Assembly (NCBI RefSeq): GCF_009914755.1
Contig: NC_060927.1
Source: the human T2T-CHM13v2.0 reference genome, Homo sapiens
DNA: 64,000 nt
Reading direction: 5' to 3' (one strand)
Each line of letters starts with the position of its first letter. Within the stretch, counting starts at the first letter, position 1. The notes under the pieces were generated by a model, which saw only the letters and a list, made by a program, of their open reading frames with translations, searched no databases and had not been told where the DNA came from. Positions 1 through 13,755 of the stretch are shown here, in pieces. The position numbers and the translations under genes were made by a program.

Positions 1-109
1 TTATTTTAATGAAGTTCTTCCTAAATCTCATGCTTACTGAATCACCTATATAATGCCTATTCTATGATCCCATTTGCATTTTTTCAAACATACCATACTA
101 CACATACTT

Positions 110-620
110 CTATTCATTCATTCATTTTTCAACCAATATATTAGAATAGCATTCAGTAGGCAGTAGAGACACAGTTCTCATAGAGCTTAGAATCTAGAGT
201 AGAATTTCAAAGAGAATTCTATCTAGAGATATCAAATTAATTAAGTAATCATGCAAATACATGTCAAATTGCATCTATGGCAAGCATTTCTAAGCATTAA
301 AATGAAAGATTTTGAGAAAAGAGATTGACTTTCTCAATGAGGCAAGGAGAAATCTTCAGCTTGTACAAGGGCAGAGGATGAAACATTTCTGGCAGAAGAA
401 AACATCCAGTACAGACACCCGAAGAAGGGAAAACTAAGGGAAATTATGAAAGATGGAGAAGTCAGAAAGGTTGAAAAGAAATGAGGCAAGGTGAGTTTAG
501 TCACAGAAGAGAATGGAGAAGATAGTAGGAGACCAAACTGTTTTGTAAGCCATGTTAACAGAATGAATTTACCCTATGAGAAGCAAGGAAATGATCAGAT
601 TTTCACTTTCAAAACTTATC
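110..620 (-). mobile_element. L2 LINE 3' fragment (degenerate)
   Basis: Begins with a (TTCA)n tail complement followed by L2-like 'ctcatagagcttagaatctag'; boundaries approximate. Confidence 0.55.
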
Positions 621-1211
621 TCCATATACACTATAAATTATACGTAGAACAGAATAGATGCAAGATGAACAACTGTGGCTTGGAGTAGTATGGTTCTTCC
701 CATGATGAAAGAATGGAAACTTTAATGAAATTGTATTCTGGTGGCTTAAAAATTTCTGTATCATATTACTCTCAACTAGTAAACTGTGAACTTCTAGGAA
801 TTCTTGAAATTTTTCTGAGCCACCACCAGCTTCCCATCTCCATATCTGCATACATTGGAACTCTCAGCCCAAACAGCAGAAATTTTTCTCCTGCTGTTCC
901 CCTTAGATAATCTCAGCTAAAATCATGTAATTCAAACTGGGGATTCTATGACTGCTTTTGTCCACTTTGTAATTTTGCTGTCAGATCTTTTTCATTAAGT
1001 GTCCTTAATTCTTCAAGTGAACTGAAATTAAATCATTCTTACATGAAAAGGTGTGGAAATGTGCTTGAAACAATCACCAAATCTGCTTTTACTAATTTCC
1101 AAATACTTACTGCTATACATACTAATATACATTCATTTAAAAGTTCTAACCAGTCAAAAGAAAAATGAGAAAAATAAGCATAATAGATAATGTGATAAAA
1201 GTGAAGTGATA

Positions 1212-1502
<291 letters not shown>

Positions 1503-3539
1503 GTAAAGTGATAAAAGTAGTGGTTGGTTTGCTGTGGGACACTTTAAAATATTCTTTTATAGCAAAATAAAACATAGTCAACTCTTTGTCAGTCCCCTAT
1601 TACAGGGATTTTAATGTTTTCCTCCTAAGTTTAAATGCCTAGAAGTCACTGTTTCAGCCCAACTAGTTGTCTCATAAGGTTAGTCGGTAACTTAGGAATA
1701 CACAACTTTAAAAATGTTGCTTAACCCAAATTTTGTTCTTAAACTGTTACTGGAAAATATAAAAAAGAAAGAGAGAGTTGAGTTTCATTATTTGTTAAAA
1801 TTAGCAAAATTTTATTTGTAGAGCTTCTTGGCCCTGAAATAACTGCAAATTTCCAAAGTTAGTCCTCACTCTGTATCCCTATCCGGTTCTGTGGCCTTAG
1901 ACAGGCAGAGATCCATGGTGTCCCCATGGGAATGCTGGCCCTTCTATATCAAAGAAGCATCATACAGAATAAAAGGTCCCTCAATGTGCCTCTCGGAAAG
2001 TCTGCATGTTGGTTGACTCTTAGGCAAAAACCATCTTGTAATGCATGTGATTTGAATTTCCAGTGTCACCAATTATTTTTCTCTAGTTCCATTTACTTGG
2101 CATTCCAATGTTTCCAGTGTAGGTATGAAAAAAATAAGAACAATTAATTTTTACTGTCCCATACTGATCGTAGACTTTTCTCCTGGGGAACTGTGTTTGT
2201 TCTTGTCATCTGTGTGATATGTAAGTGCAAAATTTTCTTAAAGTGGTACCATGGAAAATAATAGGTTACCCTTTTCTATGAGCTTTATTTGCTTATTTTC
2301 CTTGTTCAAAAATACATATTTTAATTTTAATAATTTTAATAATTTATAGCACATAATTTATTAAATATTTAAGTATCATTATGTATTTATGTATATATTT
2401 ATATCTATATTAACACATGCCAAATATACCCACAAAGGCAGATTCTAGCAGTACAAAATTACCCCCACCTTCTCCCAGCAAAAAGTGAATGCTAAACAAT
2501 GTTCCTGTCACTAGAGAGTCCAACAAAAAAATTTATTATATTTCTATGAGTTACAATTGTCATTAAGATCAAACCATTAGCATGTAGAATTTACAAGCTG
2601 TATATGTTTTTATGTGAGATAAACTATCTCACCAGAATATTTCAAATGCATACACTCTTGAACAATGTTTTGTAATTCATTTACTGAGGAAATCACAGCT
2701 CAGATGCAGCATCTGGTTTTCAGTGAGTTCTGGCGTTTTCCCCATTTTTCCATCTGGATTGACTGAGGTACAAGTCAATCAAGTGTGGAGCCATAGGTCT
2801 CACAGCAAGATAGAATCTGGTCCAGGAATAAAGTCCAAGAGTTCTCCTTGCAAGCACTGTAGACATAAGTCTTCTTTATATAGAAATATTATTTTATTAA
2901 TTCTATTTTTAAGGCATAGATGACTGCAATCCTGCTACTGTTAAAGTTGTGCATTTGACTAAAGATTGCAGTCATAATAGCCATCATTTTAGAGCATCTG
3001 TTACACCACGCATCCAAGTTAGCAGTTTTAATATTCACCAGCATGGCTTTATTTGGTAAGCATACGTGCTGTTTGGAAGAACTTGCTATGTAATCTAACA
3101 CTAAAAAAGAGTGACCAGCAAAATATATTCTTCACAAATCAAAAAGCACAGGATTTTGAGAAAGATCGCTTAAACTTAAGACCCAATTTTGCCACTACCT
3201 TGCTCTGTGACCTGAGCAGGATCTTGAACCCCTCCAGGTTTGTTCAACATTGATAAAATCGGTAAAAATAATACTCCATAAATACTGCATAAATAAAGTA
3301 GTTTTATCGGAGAATAAAATTTAGATGGTAGTGTGTTAATATGAAAATATTTTAAATATCATATGCAGATAATGACATTCATTAGACTGGATTAACTTTA
3401 TGATGTTGCTGAAAATAGATTAGATAAAAAAATCATTGGCCAGTGATTGTAACAAGTTGTTACCTGGATGGTTACATGTGGGGTTAGTATTAGGCCAAGA
3501 ATATATGCATTAAAAATTCAGTGTGTATGGTGCTTTTTT

Positions 3540-4415
3540 TATGCATCTGTGGCAGAGAAAGCATTGCACACCAGACAGTTTACAGGTTTTCCTGCATGTC
3601 CTAGTCTTCTTGCATTTAGATGGGCCTTTGAGATGAGTTCTGCAAAAAGGGCTTTCGGTAGACATAGCCTTTGACATTTCTAGATGGAAGCATTTAAGAT
3701 CTGGAACTTCATGTTTCAGGAATGTTTTCCCTTTCTATACTGGTTACCTATTGTTACATTAAAAATTACCCCAAAATTTAGCAACTTAAAATAACACACA
3801 TTATCTCTCAGTTTCTGTAGGTGATTAATCGCCCTGAAACTGGGTCCTCTACTTCAGAGTCTTTCAAAAGGCTGCAATAAAGGTGTCAGATGGGGCTGGC
3901 ATCTCATCTAAAAGTTCAACTGGTAGTGGATTTACTTCTTGTACACTTACATTGTTGTTGGCTAGGTTCAGTTTCTTCAGGGTTATTGCACAGAGAGTCT
4001 CAGATCCTTGTTGGCCATTAGCTAGAGGCCACCCTCAGTTTCTTGTTGCATCAAACTTTCAACATAACGGCTTCCTTCATCAAAACCAATAAGGGAGGAA
4101 GTTGGCCAATAAGACTGAAGCCACAGCATTTTGCAACCCAAGAACAAACATGGCCTTCAATGTTGTAGTCTGTAGGTTAGAGGCAAGTTAATTGAGGGAA
4201 GGGAATTGCTAAGGCCATGAGTACCAGGCAATGAATTTTCTAGTGGACTACCTTAGAAGCTGCCTGCAACATCCACCAAAAAGTTTGTCTAAAAGATGAA
4301 ATAATCACTGTCAGTTTGACTCCTGAATGACCATGTGGAGCAGAGCCTCCACTCACCTGTGCTGGATACATAGCACAGAGATGTTAGAGCTATGTTGTCA
4401 TCATGACTAATATAA
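3540..4415 (+). mobile_element. Old MaLR LTR (MLT1I/J-like) split by a nested MLT1
   Basis: MLT1-like segments on both sides of 3737-4271, ending 'gactaatata'. Confidence 0.45.
3737..4271 (-). mobile_element. MLT1E/F-like MaLR LTR
   Basis: 'aattaccccaaaatttagcaacttaaaataacacacattatctctcagtttctgtagg' through 'accttagaagctgcctgcaaca' resembles the reverse of MLT1. Confidence 0.7.
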
Positions 4416-5344
4416 CATGTATTCAATTTGAACCTTACAGCAAGGATCATTAAATTAGGCAGGAAACTATTCCAAAATACAGCTAAGAGACTAAATTCAT
4501 AGAGATGAGGTAATTTATTCCAAGGTAATAAATTAAGTCATAGCAAAATGCATATTCAGGATGTGAGCTTAAAACTAGCATCATTTTCTTCTTTACTTTT
4601 CTCTAATAATGTGTTTGTTAGAATTCCTCTCTCCCCACTATACTGCCACTATGGTTATTTTAAATAGTTTTTAAAAGACATATAGCATTTTTGTTATCTT
4701 TCAGAAAATTCCTCTCTTGGCTGTGCTTGCCTAAATAATGAAATGCAAATTTACAGTACAAAGTAATTGTTTTGTAATTCTTTTTCTGATTTGCCCAAGA
4801 AAAGTTAGTTGGTGTATCCTCTCCATAGTCCGGAAGTCCATGGCCTATGGGCTTCCACCTTATATCTCTTAATCTTATATACCTCTTAACACCTAATATT
4901 ACTGAGATAGATCTTTGTTTATATCTTCTTTTCATCTGGATACTAAACCCCTTGTAATCAGAGGACCTAACTCCTCTTTGTATTCCCAGAAAAAAAAACA
5001 TAATTCATAAAATGCTGTTTAATCAATACAATATATGGAATACTATAACTTGGATATTTTGGAAATTACATATCAAGTTCAAACATCAGAATGCACCTTT
5101 AACTAAATTTGAAAATAACAACCTGTGTTGTTAGATCAATCCATGGGGAAAGTAAAAGCTACTTGAGAAACTAGGAAAGATCAAAATAAGTTTTGTTCAC
5201 TGAAATTTCCTATTGAAGTGCCCCAGTATTTAGTGGATTTCATATAAAGTGTTCAGATTTCTTTTCCTGTCAGATGAACCCCCCAATAAAATTGTATTGC
5301 TCCTGTAGGATTTAAAAATTTTTATTTGCTGATAGTAATAATGA

Positions 5345-5590
5345 TAATGGCACCACAACCTGACATTTATTCAGCACCTACCATGTGCTAGGCATTGTTC
5401 TAAGACTATAAAATGTGTTATTTCATTTAATCCCTACTAAATATATGAAGTAACATTGTTTACTCCCCTTTATCTCTGGCTTAGAAAAATGAAGAAAATT
5501 GCTCAAGGTCAGACTGCTGGTAAAGGCTGAGCAGCACCCTGAGCCGACGGTGTTTGACAGTAAAATCAATGTTCTTAATCCCATTCTGTA
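5345..5590 (-). mobile_element. MIR SINE
   Basis: 'acatttattcagcacctaccatgtgctaggc' tail complement and core 'ttgctcaaggtcagac'. Confidence 0.8.
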
Positions 5591-5829
5591 TGGTCACCAC
5601 TGCAACATGCAGACCCACCTCCACCCATGCATGTTCCTTCTTTCTGATCCAACCTCTGCATTGAATCAGCAATTCTACCTAACCTAAATAGATTTTTCAC
5701 GCTTAAACTTAAGCTACATATTCTAAAACAATGTAGTAAAGTATATAAAATTATGATTCTCCAGAATATTCCAAGATTAAAATTTTCATCCCTGATCTTT
5801 CTCTCAAGCCACTATCCTAAGCAAGCCCA

Positions 5830-6016
5830 TGTCTTAGTCTGTCTGTGCTACTGTAACTTCACATACCACAAACTATGTAATTTATAAAGAGCAGGAATTT
5901 ATTTCTCATAGTTCTGAAGGCTAAGAAGTCCAAGATCAAGGTGCTGGCAACTGCCGAGGACTGTTCTCTGCTTCCAGGATGCTGCTTTGAAATTCTTCGT
6001 CCTCACATGGCAGAAA
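5830..6016 (-). mobile_element. MST-type MaLR LTR 3' part
   Basis: Begins TGTCTTAGTC; 'tttatttctcatagttctgaaggctaagaagtccaagatcaagg' and 'tcctcacatggcagaa'. Confidence 0.75.
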
Positions 6017-6142
6017 GTAGAATCTGCCAGAGCCTTGATCTTGGAGTTCCTGTCCTCCAGACCTGTGAGAAATAAATTTCTGTTATTTATAAGCTACCCA
6101 GTTTTTGGTATTTTGTTATAGCAGCCCAAATGGACTAAGACA
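6017..6142 (+). mobile_element. MLT1A/B-type MaLR LTR 3' part
   Basis: 'ccttgatcttgga...tgtgagaaataaatttctg...atagcagcccaaatggactaagaca'. Confidence 0.75.
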
Positions 6143-6604
6143 GCTGTGTTAATCAATACAAACACATTTCCTTCCTAACCATATTTTTTTTTCTCAGGTA
6201 TTCCTGTTGTGGCTAGGCAGAGGGCTAAATGAGTAAAACTGACCTATTGTGGCACTTGAGGGTTATTATTCACCCTCAGTGAGAAAGTAAATTTGCCTCG
6301 TAGGGCTAATCTGGTATGTTAATCTGTTTTCAAGCAGAATCAGAGCAGTAAGAATATTCAATGGCCACCAGCTGGCAGGTAAGAGTTTATCCTGCCCTTA
6401 AAACTTCCAGCTAAAGAAATCATTTGTGTCCTTCAATATCCTTTAAGGTAAAAATGCTACTTACCTAACTGGCTAAATTTTGAACCCATGACTTCCTTTT
6501 CAATGTTAAGCATTTTAGCAAAAGTGTAATTTTATGTTCACAATTCCAATGTAACATTCTTTCATAAATGATATAAAAATGTAATAATAAAAGCAACAAG
6601 CAAT

Positions 6605-6860
6605 AATAATGGCTAATATGTAATGAGTGTTTATTGTTTGCCAGGAACCATACAAAGGACTTTACATGTATTATCTAATTTAATCTTCATAATGTATTCT
6701 TACGATAGGCAACCTTACTAGCCCAGTTTTTCAGACAGAGGAATCCAAGCTGAGGGAAGTTAGATAACTTGCCCAAAACAAAAAAATACAGCTCATGGAC
6801 AAAATTACGATCCAATCACTGGCTCTCAGATTCCAGTCCCCAGTACTAAGTTGCTGTGCA
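6605..6860 (-). mobile_element. MIR SINE
   Basis: 'taatttaatcttcataa...acagaggaatccaagctgagggaagttagataacttgccca' resembles the MIR core. Confidence 0.75.
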
Positions 6861-6964
6861 CTACCCCTTTTCAAATAAAATATACACTTAAATGTCATGA
6901 CATTTCCAAAAATATTAGAGCCAGACTAATTTTGTGAACTCAGAGATCTCATGTTAGAAAGAGA

Positions 6965-7552
6965 TTAGAGATCTCCTAATTGGCCTCCTGCCTTCTCTGT
7001 TGCACATCTATAGTTATTGGCAACCAGAAGCCAGAATTATGCCTTCACACATAAGCCTGATCATGTCAGTCCTTTGGTTCAAATACTCTCACTTCTTCTT
7101 CAGAGTAAAAGTCAAAGTCCTTACAATGTCATACAAAGCTTTGTGCAGGCTGCTGCCCACCTCCTACACTCTAATCTCATCTTCTACCTCCCCTCTCCTT
7201 CACTCCACAGAGAAATACTGGCCTCTTTGTTGTCCAGAGAACATTGTCCTTCCTCAGGTTGAATTTACTGTTCCCTCCTTGTGATCACCTGATTTGATAT
7301 TTCAACTTTTTGAGGCTTTTGCTCAAATATGACTTTCTCAATGAGACCTTCTCTGACCCTCTGTTTAAATTATAACCCACCTATGACTTTTCTTGGCACT
7401 CACCGTACCCTTTATTGGATTTCACTTATTATCTATCTCTCTCCACAATAACTAAGATCTGTGAGAGAAAAGATTTTGTGTATTTTGTTTGCTGTTAAAT
7501 CTGTAGTGCCTTGAACAGTGGCACATAGTAGGTGTTACATAAATACTTGAAG
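6965..7552 (+). mobile_element. L2a 3' end
   Basis: 'cctgatcatgtcagtcct...agagtaaaagtcaaagtccttacaatg' and 3' terminus 'ggcacatagtaggtgttacataaatacttgaa'. Confidence 0.8.
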
Positions 7553-9217
7553 ACATAGAGGAGAAAAGGTGAGCGAATGGTGCTAATAAGGCTAAAATGC
7601 ACACCATAATACCACTACTGACTATATCCTATTAGCAAACTGAGAAACCGATATAAATTTGAACTGCAAATTGGAAATTTAATCTACAAATCTATGCAAA
7701 AATGAACAGAGACTAAGCTCAAAGTAATTTTAAATAAAAAGGGCAGGAAGATCTCACAAACCCACATTTTTAATTATTAACAGGACAAATTGAAAGTTTA
7801 CACAAGAATAAAGATACAAGATGAGCCACACAGATACCTCAAATATGAAGTGCTGCAAAAAGAGTAACTAATAAAGTTACTAACACAAAATGTCATATTC
7901 AGAAAAATCAAGATTACAATGTCCTGGCTTCATTATTCCTGTCAACTGAGAAGTATAGGAAATGAAGTAAAATGTAACCAGTGACACCAATGAACAGAGT
8001 GACAAGAAGACAGAGGAATAATAATAGCTCCACAGTAATGACTCATGCACATTTTAATTCATCTTTGCTTTTTACCAGTTTCACATTAAAACCTGATGGA
8101 GAAAAATGAGGCAGTAAAGTGAAGCCACACAAGACCTTTAGGAGCTTTTAATATGAACATCAGAGAAATCAAGTCAGAAAGAAAAGAGTGATCCTTAAAG
8201 AATTTTGAACAGTCATTAATTCCTCACAGTGCCAGAACTGGCAAGGAAGGCAAACAAAAAAAGTGACCTGGGGTTGTGAAAAGATTTTTGAAGGAGCTTC
8301 ATTTTCCCAAACACTCATAGATTTGCTTTTGAACTATCTTTCCTTGGCATCCAAACTAGCCAAACTTTGTGAACTCAGCTCTCTCACCAGATGGAGTGTT
8401 CTTAAGTTCCTCTCTAATACTATCTTCTCCAAGTGTAGTTTAAAAAGGCAAATAAATAAATAAATAAAGCAAAAGCTCAGCAGAGGGAACCATTCTTTTT
8501 ATTTTGGCAGTGATACGCAGCTCCTTGGCAGGCAGCACTGTTAGTTAACATTGTTAGCACTTTGGAATTGTCTGACTTTTGTCATGTGTTTAAGCTGATT
8601 AGCCCCCTGGGTGACTTTGGCTTCCAAGGCAGCATTTCTTTTGACAGCTTGCTGAGGGTACAGATGTCTGGACAACAGATAAAGTTCTTAACCCTTATTT
8701 CTCATTTGGTTTCCCCTCAACTATTTTAATAGTGCCTGCAGACTTACAAACAGAAGGCGGTGGTTTATAAGGTTTTAAGATGTTCACTTAGGGGCTAACT
8801 CACTATCGGCTATGGCAAATTTACATCAGGAGCAGCACTTGTGACTCCTCCTTCACTCTCTAACTCCTTTCACATGTTGAACTTTGTAGATTGTATCTTT
8901 GCAATCTTAAATTAGCTAGAGCCATTTCATTTTCATTGCGACTATCCTTTCCCCAGTTCTATTATTAATGCCTAAGAATGAAACAAGCTTTCTACCTCAT
9001 TCCTTATGATAGGATCTCATTTTCAGTTTTATATTACATTATTTCCTTCGATATGGCCAGTGCTCCATCCAAACTAAAATACTTTTTACTTCCTGGTTAT
9101 GCACATGAATTCCAAGCTCTGTGCCTTTGTTCATGATCTATCCTCCTGATATATTTTTACCTAATCCATTATTCAAAATCAATGTTCTAGCCGCTATTTT
9201 TTGAGAGACCATAGATA

Positions 9218-9988
9218 ATTTGGGGTTCTAGTATCAGAGCAGCTAGCAATCCAAAAATGAAGGGGAGCTAGACACGGGTGTTTTTGGTGTGCTTTTCACT
9301 GGATAGATACTCCATTTACCTGGCAGATAGCCTAATGCCCAATTAGTTGTCTGGCCTGTGATCCAGAGCCCCTCATACAGAAAACTTGTTTATACTGTCA
9401 GATGCCCTTGTAGCTCCTATCTGACCCATGTCCAGTTTACACATGCCTGACCATTTCTCTGGCATTGCAAGCCCAACCTGCTATTCTCTCTGGCATCCTG
9501 GGTGAAAATCTTGCCCTGGGACAGCCCCTAGTCCCTGAGATGGAAGGCACAAATGCCATATAGTACCACAATAGTAAACAAGTTCAAAGATTTTTACCTA
9601 TAGATCTGGGCCAGAAGAGTGAAATGAGCGCAGTTCTTTATCTCTGGGTCGCATGAGGTCAGAATGAATAGTTAGGCAGAGAAAGAGAGACGAGCACGTG
9701 GCAACTAGCAGTACATATAAGGAAATATGGTGTGGGTCACTTCTAGTTCACAGGCAAATTCCTGAATTGTCCATTTAAAGGAAGCAGTGAGAAGGCCAGA
9801 AGCCTAGTCTGCCAGGCAGGAGAGATGCCTCTGAGGTTTTACCTCTGACCACTTGCATTAGCCATTTGCATGTGGTATAGAACTAGAAGCTGTGTCAAGG
9901 GTGACTGAGCCCTAAATCTGGTATGAGAAAGGTAAACTCTTATTCAAAGTGGATACTGAGGTAACATAAAATTATGAGAATTCACTGA
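9218..9988 (-). mobile_element. MER54-type ERVL LTR
   Basis: Reverse complement of the right end reads ...AGTGAATTCTCATAATTTTATGTTACCTCAGTATCCACTTTGAATAAGAG, resembling the recalled MER54 start; left boundary approximate. Confidence 0.65.
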
Positions 9989-10344
9989 GTACTACTAGTC
10001 ACTGTGATATATCTGATTAACCTTAATGATTCTACCATTTTTAACAAATAACGCTTAGGTGTGTTTTTCAAACACCTTAAATTATTTCAAAAATATAGTC
10101 TCCATAAAATCAACCTTATACTCTGCTAACAAAATTCATCTTCCTGGAAAACAAATGCTGATTGTCTATAGAATCATTCAAATAGGCTATATTAAACTCC
10201 TTTTTTCCATAATTCTCGTGGTGGCTTTGTTTTCCTGATTGAGCGATGGCTGATACAATATGCAAATTTAAAAGCACATGTTCTTTGATCCTATTATTTT
10301 TCTTCTTGTATTCCTTGTATCTATTATAAACAATATTAACCCAC

Positions 10345-10790
10345 ATACATGAAGAAAATGAATAGCATTGATCAATGTTTCATTGTAATAGGACAAACAA
10401 GATAACATTGAAATATCCATCAATGAGGTGGTACTATGCAACAATAAAAAATATGTCTACATCTATCAGCGATATTGAAAGTCTATGGGTCTACATCAGT
10501 CAATGACATTGAAAGTCTGTCAATATATGTTGTAAGTGAGAAATAGCAAATTTCCAAAAATACATACAGTGTGCGAAACAACACATAATAAAAACAAATG
10601 CATTGAAAAAAGTCTAGAAGAACTTTCTGTAAATTGTTACTCCTTGAGAAGGATGTGTGTTTGAGTGATGGGATGAAATAACTCTTTCTTTTTACTCACT
10701 TTACCAATGTATTGTTTAGCTTTTTTTCAGAGAGAATGCATTCACATGCTATACACTTATTTTAAACAACATATAGAATGGCAAATATTG
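10345..10790 (+). mobile_element. Old L1ME-like 3' fragment
   Basis: 'aaatatccatcaatg...tactatgcaacaataaaaa...tgttgtaagtgagaaatagcaa' resembles an L1M 3' UTR. Confidence 0.55.
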
Positions 10791-12914
10791 ATCTCATAGT
10801 GGATTGCATAATGGTGACCTGATGTGTTACTGTTTATGTTTGTTTATCTTTAGCTTCATAACCACATCACAGCAAACAGCTTGACGAATCTGTTAGAATA
10901 CTAATGTAATTTTTAAAAGCACTGTCAAAAATAGAAAGGTCTTCTCAAGCAGTGTTGGTCAGAGTCCTGAACAGGATATAATCTTCAATTTAGGGTATCA
11001 TATTTCATGAGAGAAATTAATAACGACTGTGGCTCTGGAGTATAATCAGGGTATAGAATCCATGTGATATTAAGCACTTTAAACACTGAGGATATTCACA
11101 ATGAACCAGAAAAGAATATGTCATTTAGGAAGATGTTAGCTTGAAAGCAGCAGACTGCTTGCTTAAAAAAAAACGTCTAATATAACAAGATAGCCCGTGG
11201 TAAGCACTTTCAGGGTAACTCAGCCAGCTCTCTATGATTATCTTATATTTTCCTCTCATAATTGCAAAATGACCTCGAGAATCATATGCTTTCATGGAAA
11301 TACCAAAGGCTGAGATGAAGGGTGGGAAAGATCATTTATCCTGCATCACTGGTTAGGTGTCATCAAGCATAACTTCCACGTGTCTACTTGTCAGTCGCGG
11401 TGGAGAGAGAAAATGGCCACACGGCGACACCATATGAACTAATAACCTCTAAAAGCCATTCCAACTCTAAGAGTATCTCCACAAATGAGCCTAATCCACA
11501 CAAGAAGCAACAATCAAGCACCGTTAGAGAAGTAGAGTACAACCAAATTAAAAACAAAAATTAAAGTCCAAAACTTAAAGTCAGGTTATCTAGCTGGTTT
11601 AAAAAAAAAATAAAAGCAGGTTGTGTACAGGTTGTGTACAGTCATGGAATCAAAATATTATACCTATTTACTAAGCCACCTGTAATACCAGTGGTGTTTT
11701 ATTCAAGGTAGAGAAAACATCAGTCATTTCATATGGTTGCAAATGTCACTTGGAAAAAGAAAATTGCTGAGGACTTTCCATGTAAGTTTTTTGATATGCC
11801 AATCTAAATGTACTGTTATTACAACCTGAGATATAAAATATGTCCTCATAGGAAAAAAAAATTTCTATGTGTTTTGTAAGAACACTTACCCTAAAAAATG
11901 GTAAATGTATAATGCAGTATTGCTAACTATTGTTACAATGCTGTACGGCAGATTGCTGGAACAAATTCATCTTGCTATTATTTTAAATTATAATCTTTAA
12001 CATTCAGTACCATATTCTCAGATTCTGTTGTTTCTCTATGTGCTCAGTCAACTCCTTTCTGTCATCATTATCTACTAAGTCGCCTCACTATATGGAGCAC
12101 TTCATTATTTTCAATTCATATCCACTGAGAAGATGGATTTAGGAGCCAGGTAGTGATTATACCAGAGTAATTTATAAAGGTCTTCTTAGAATTTGTCCAT
12201 CTTGCATGTGCTAGTGACCAGCCCACTGAGTTCTACATTACTCACTATTATTAAACCTGCAGGGATGTTTCACAAGGCTTCAGCCTTAATAACAATAAAA
12301 AGGCAAATGGAGGCACCTATTTATTACACCTCAACATCTAGTTTATTTACTAAGCAATAAGTACTGGCCATTACATTGACTCACTATCCTTCAGTTTACC
12401 AAACCCCCAAGACTATCTAATCATTTCTTCATTATTTGCTTATTAATTTTAAATGTAATCATTAGATTTGTGCTGCACTATTACCACTACTTAAATCTAA
12501 AATGTTGTGTTTATTTATTTTCATTCTTTCTATTGACGTATGCATTATCTATCACCTGTAAATTAACATGCACTTTCTAACACATTCTTTATGAAGTGAC
12601 CAGCTTTCTGATTTAATAAAAAAAACCACATCTGTCCCTCAGACATTAACAGTAATCAACAGCTAGCCTATGACAATTAGTTTGACTTAAATGAAGTGTC
12701 TGAGTGATATATGGAGGAGAATATGTCGTGATGAAAACCATTTCTTCTATACCTAATTTAAAGCCTGCTAACAAAGTATGCTTCATATTATAATTTTAAT
12801 TATATTTTTAAATTAAATGGATTTTATTCATTTTTACAGCCTTTATCCAAAATGCTATATTGTTGAATATATCTTTATTCTTGAGTTTTCATTATGAAGT
12901 GAAGATTGGGTTCA

Positions 12915-13755
12915 TGGCGTGCAATAATTTCTGACACCAACCACCCAGAAACAGGTCAAATTCTACAGGTTAAGAGAACAATCTTCCACGTTGCCCTTAT
13001 TTCAGACACCAGATGCAAGTTTTGGGGTCCCCAAGCCATTTTCACTTGTAATCTGTCAGCTACAAATTCAGGGGTTCCCACTACCCCCTTAGTTTCAATA
13101 ATTCACTAGAACAACACAGAGAACTCAATAAAACATAATACTTAACTATTAAGGTTATACTATTGCAAAAGGATAGAAATCAGAACAAAGTACAGGGAGA
13201 CATGCATAGAGTGAGGTCTTAGACGGTTTTAAACACAAAGCTTTTATTGTCTCCAGAGATGCATTAACCATTTGGCACATGAAGTGTGACAATATGCAGA
13301 GTATTGCCATCCAAGGAAGTTCACCTGAGCTTGGTGTTCAGATTTTTATTGGGATTTTATTACATAAGCATAATTGATTGAATCATTGGCCACCTGGTTG
13401 AACTCAACCTCCTACCACCCTAACTCTCCCCAGATGTTAGGCTGGTAGCATGTGGCTCAAAGTCTCAACTCTCTAATCACGTGGTTGGGCTTTCTAGTAT
13501 GGACAGTTCTTATCCGACTTCTTCTCAATCACATAAACTATCTAGGAGTCCACCCTGAGTTATCTAATTGCCTAAACTATTAGGGGTTGTTCAGAAAGCA
13601 CACCAGGAATAACAAAGACATTCCTATCACTAAGAAAATTCTAAGAATCTAGAAATTACTGCTCAACTGGGAACAAAATCCAGCAAAATTTTTTATTACA
13701 AGGGTTTGGAGGTTACTTCTCAGAAACCAGAGACAAAGTCCAGCCAAATTCTTGA
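12915..13755 (-). mobile_element. MER21-type LTR
   Basis: 'ttctgacaccaaccacccag', 'gctacaaattcaggggttcccactacccc' and terminus 'ccagagacaaagtccagccaaattctt'. Confidence 0.75.

Noticed and set aside
10455-10521. 34-bp imperfect tandem duplication (also an 11-bp duplication near 11617-11641)
   Set aside because: Two-copy slippage duplications with no array structure or functional signal.
10940-11480. L3/CR1 fragments
   Set aside because: Only weak resemblance at two short stretches; not supportable without a profile search.
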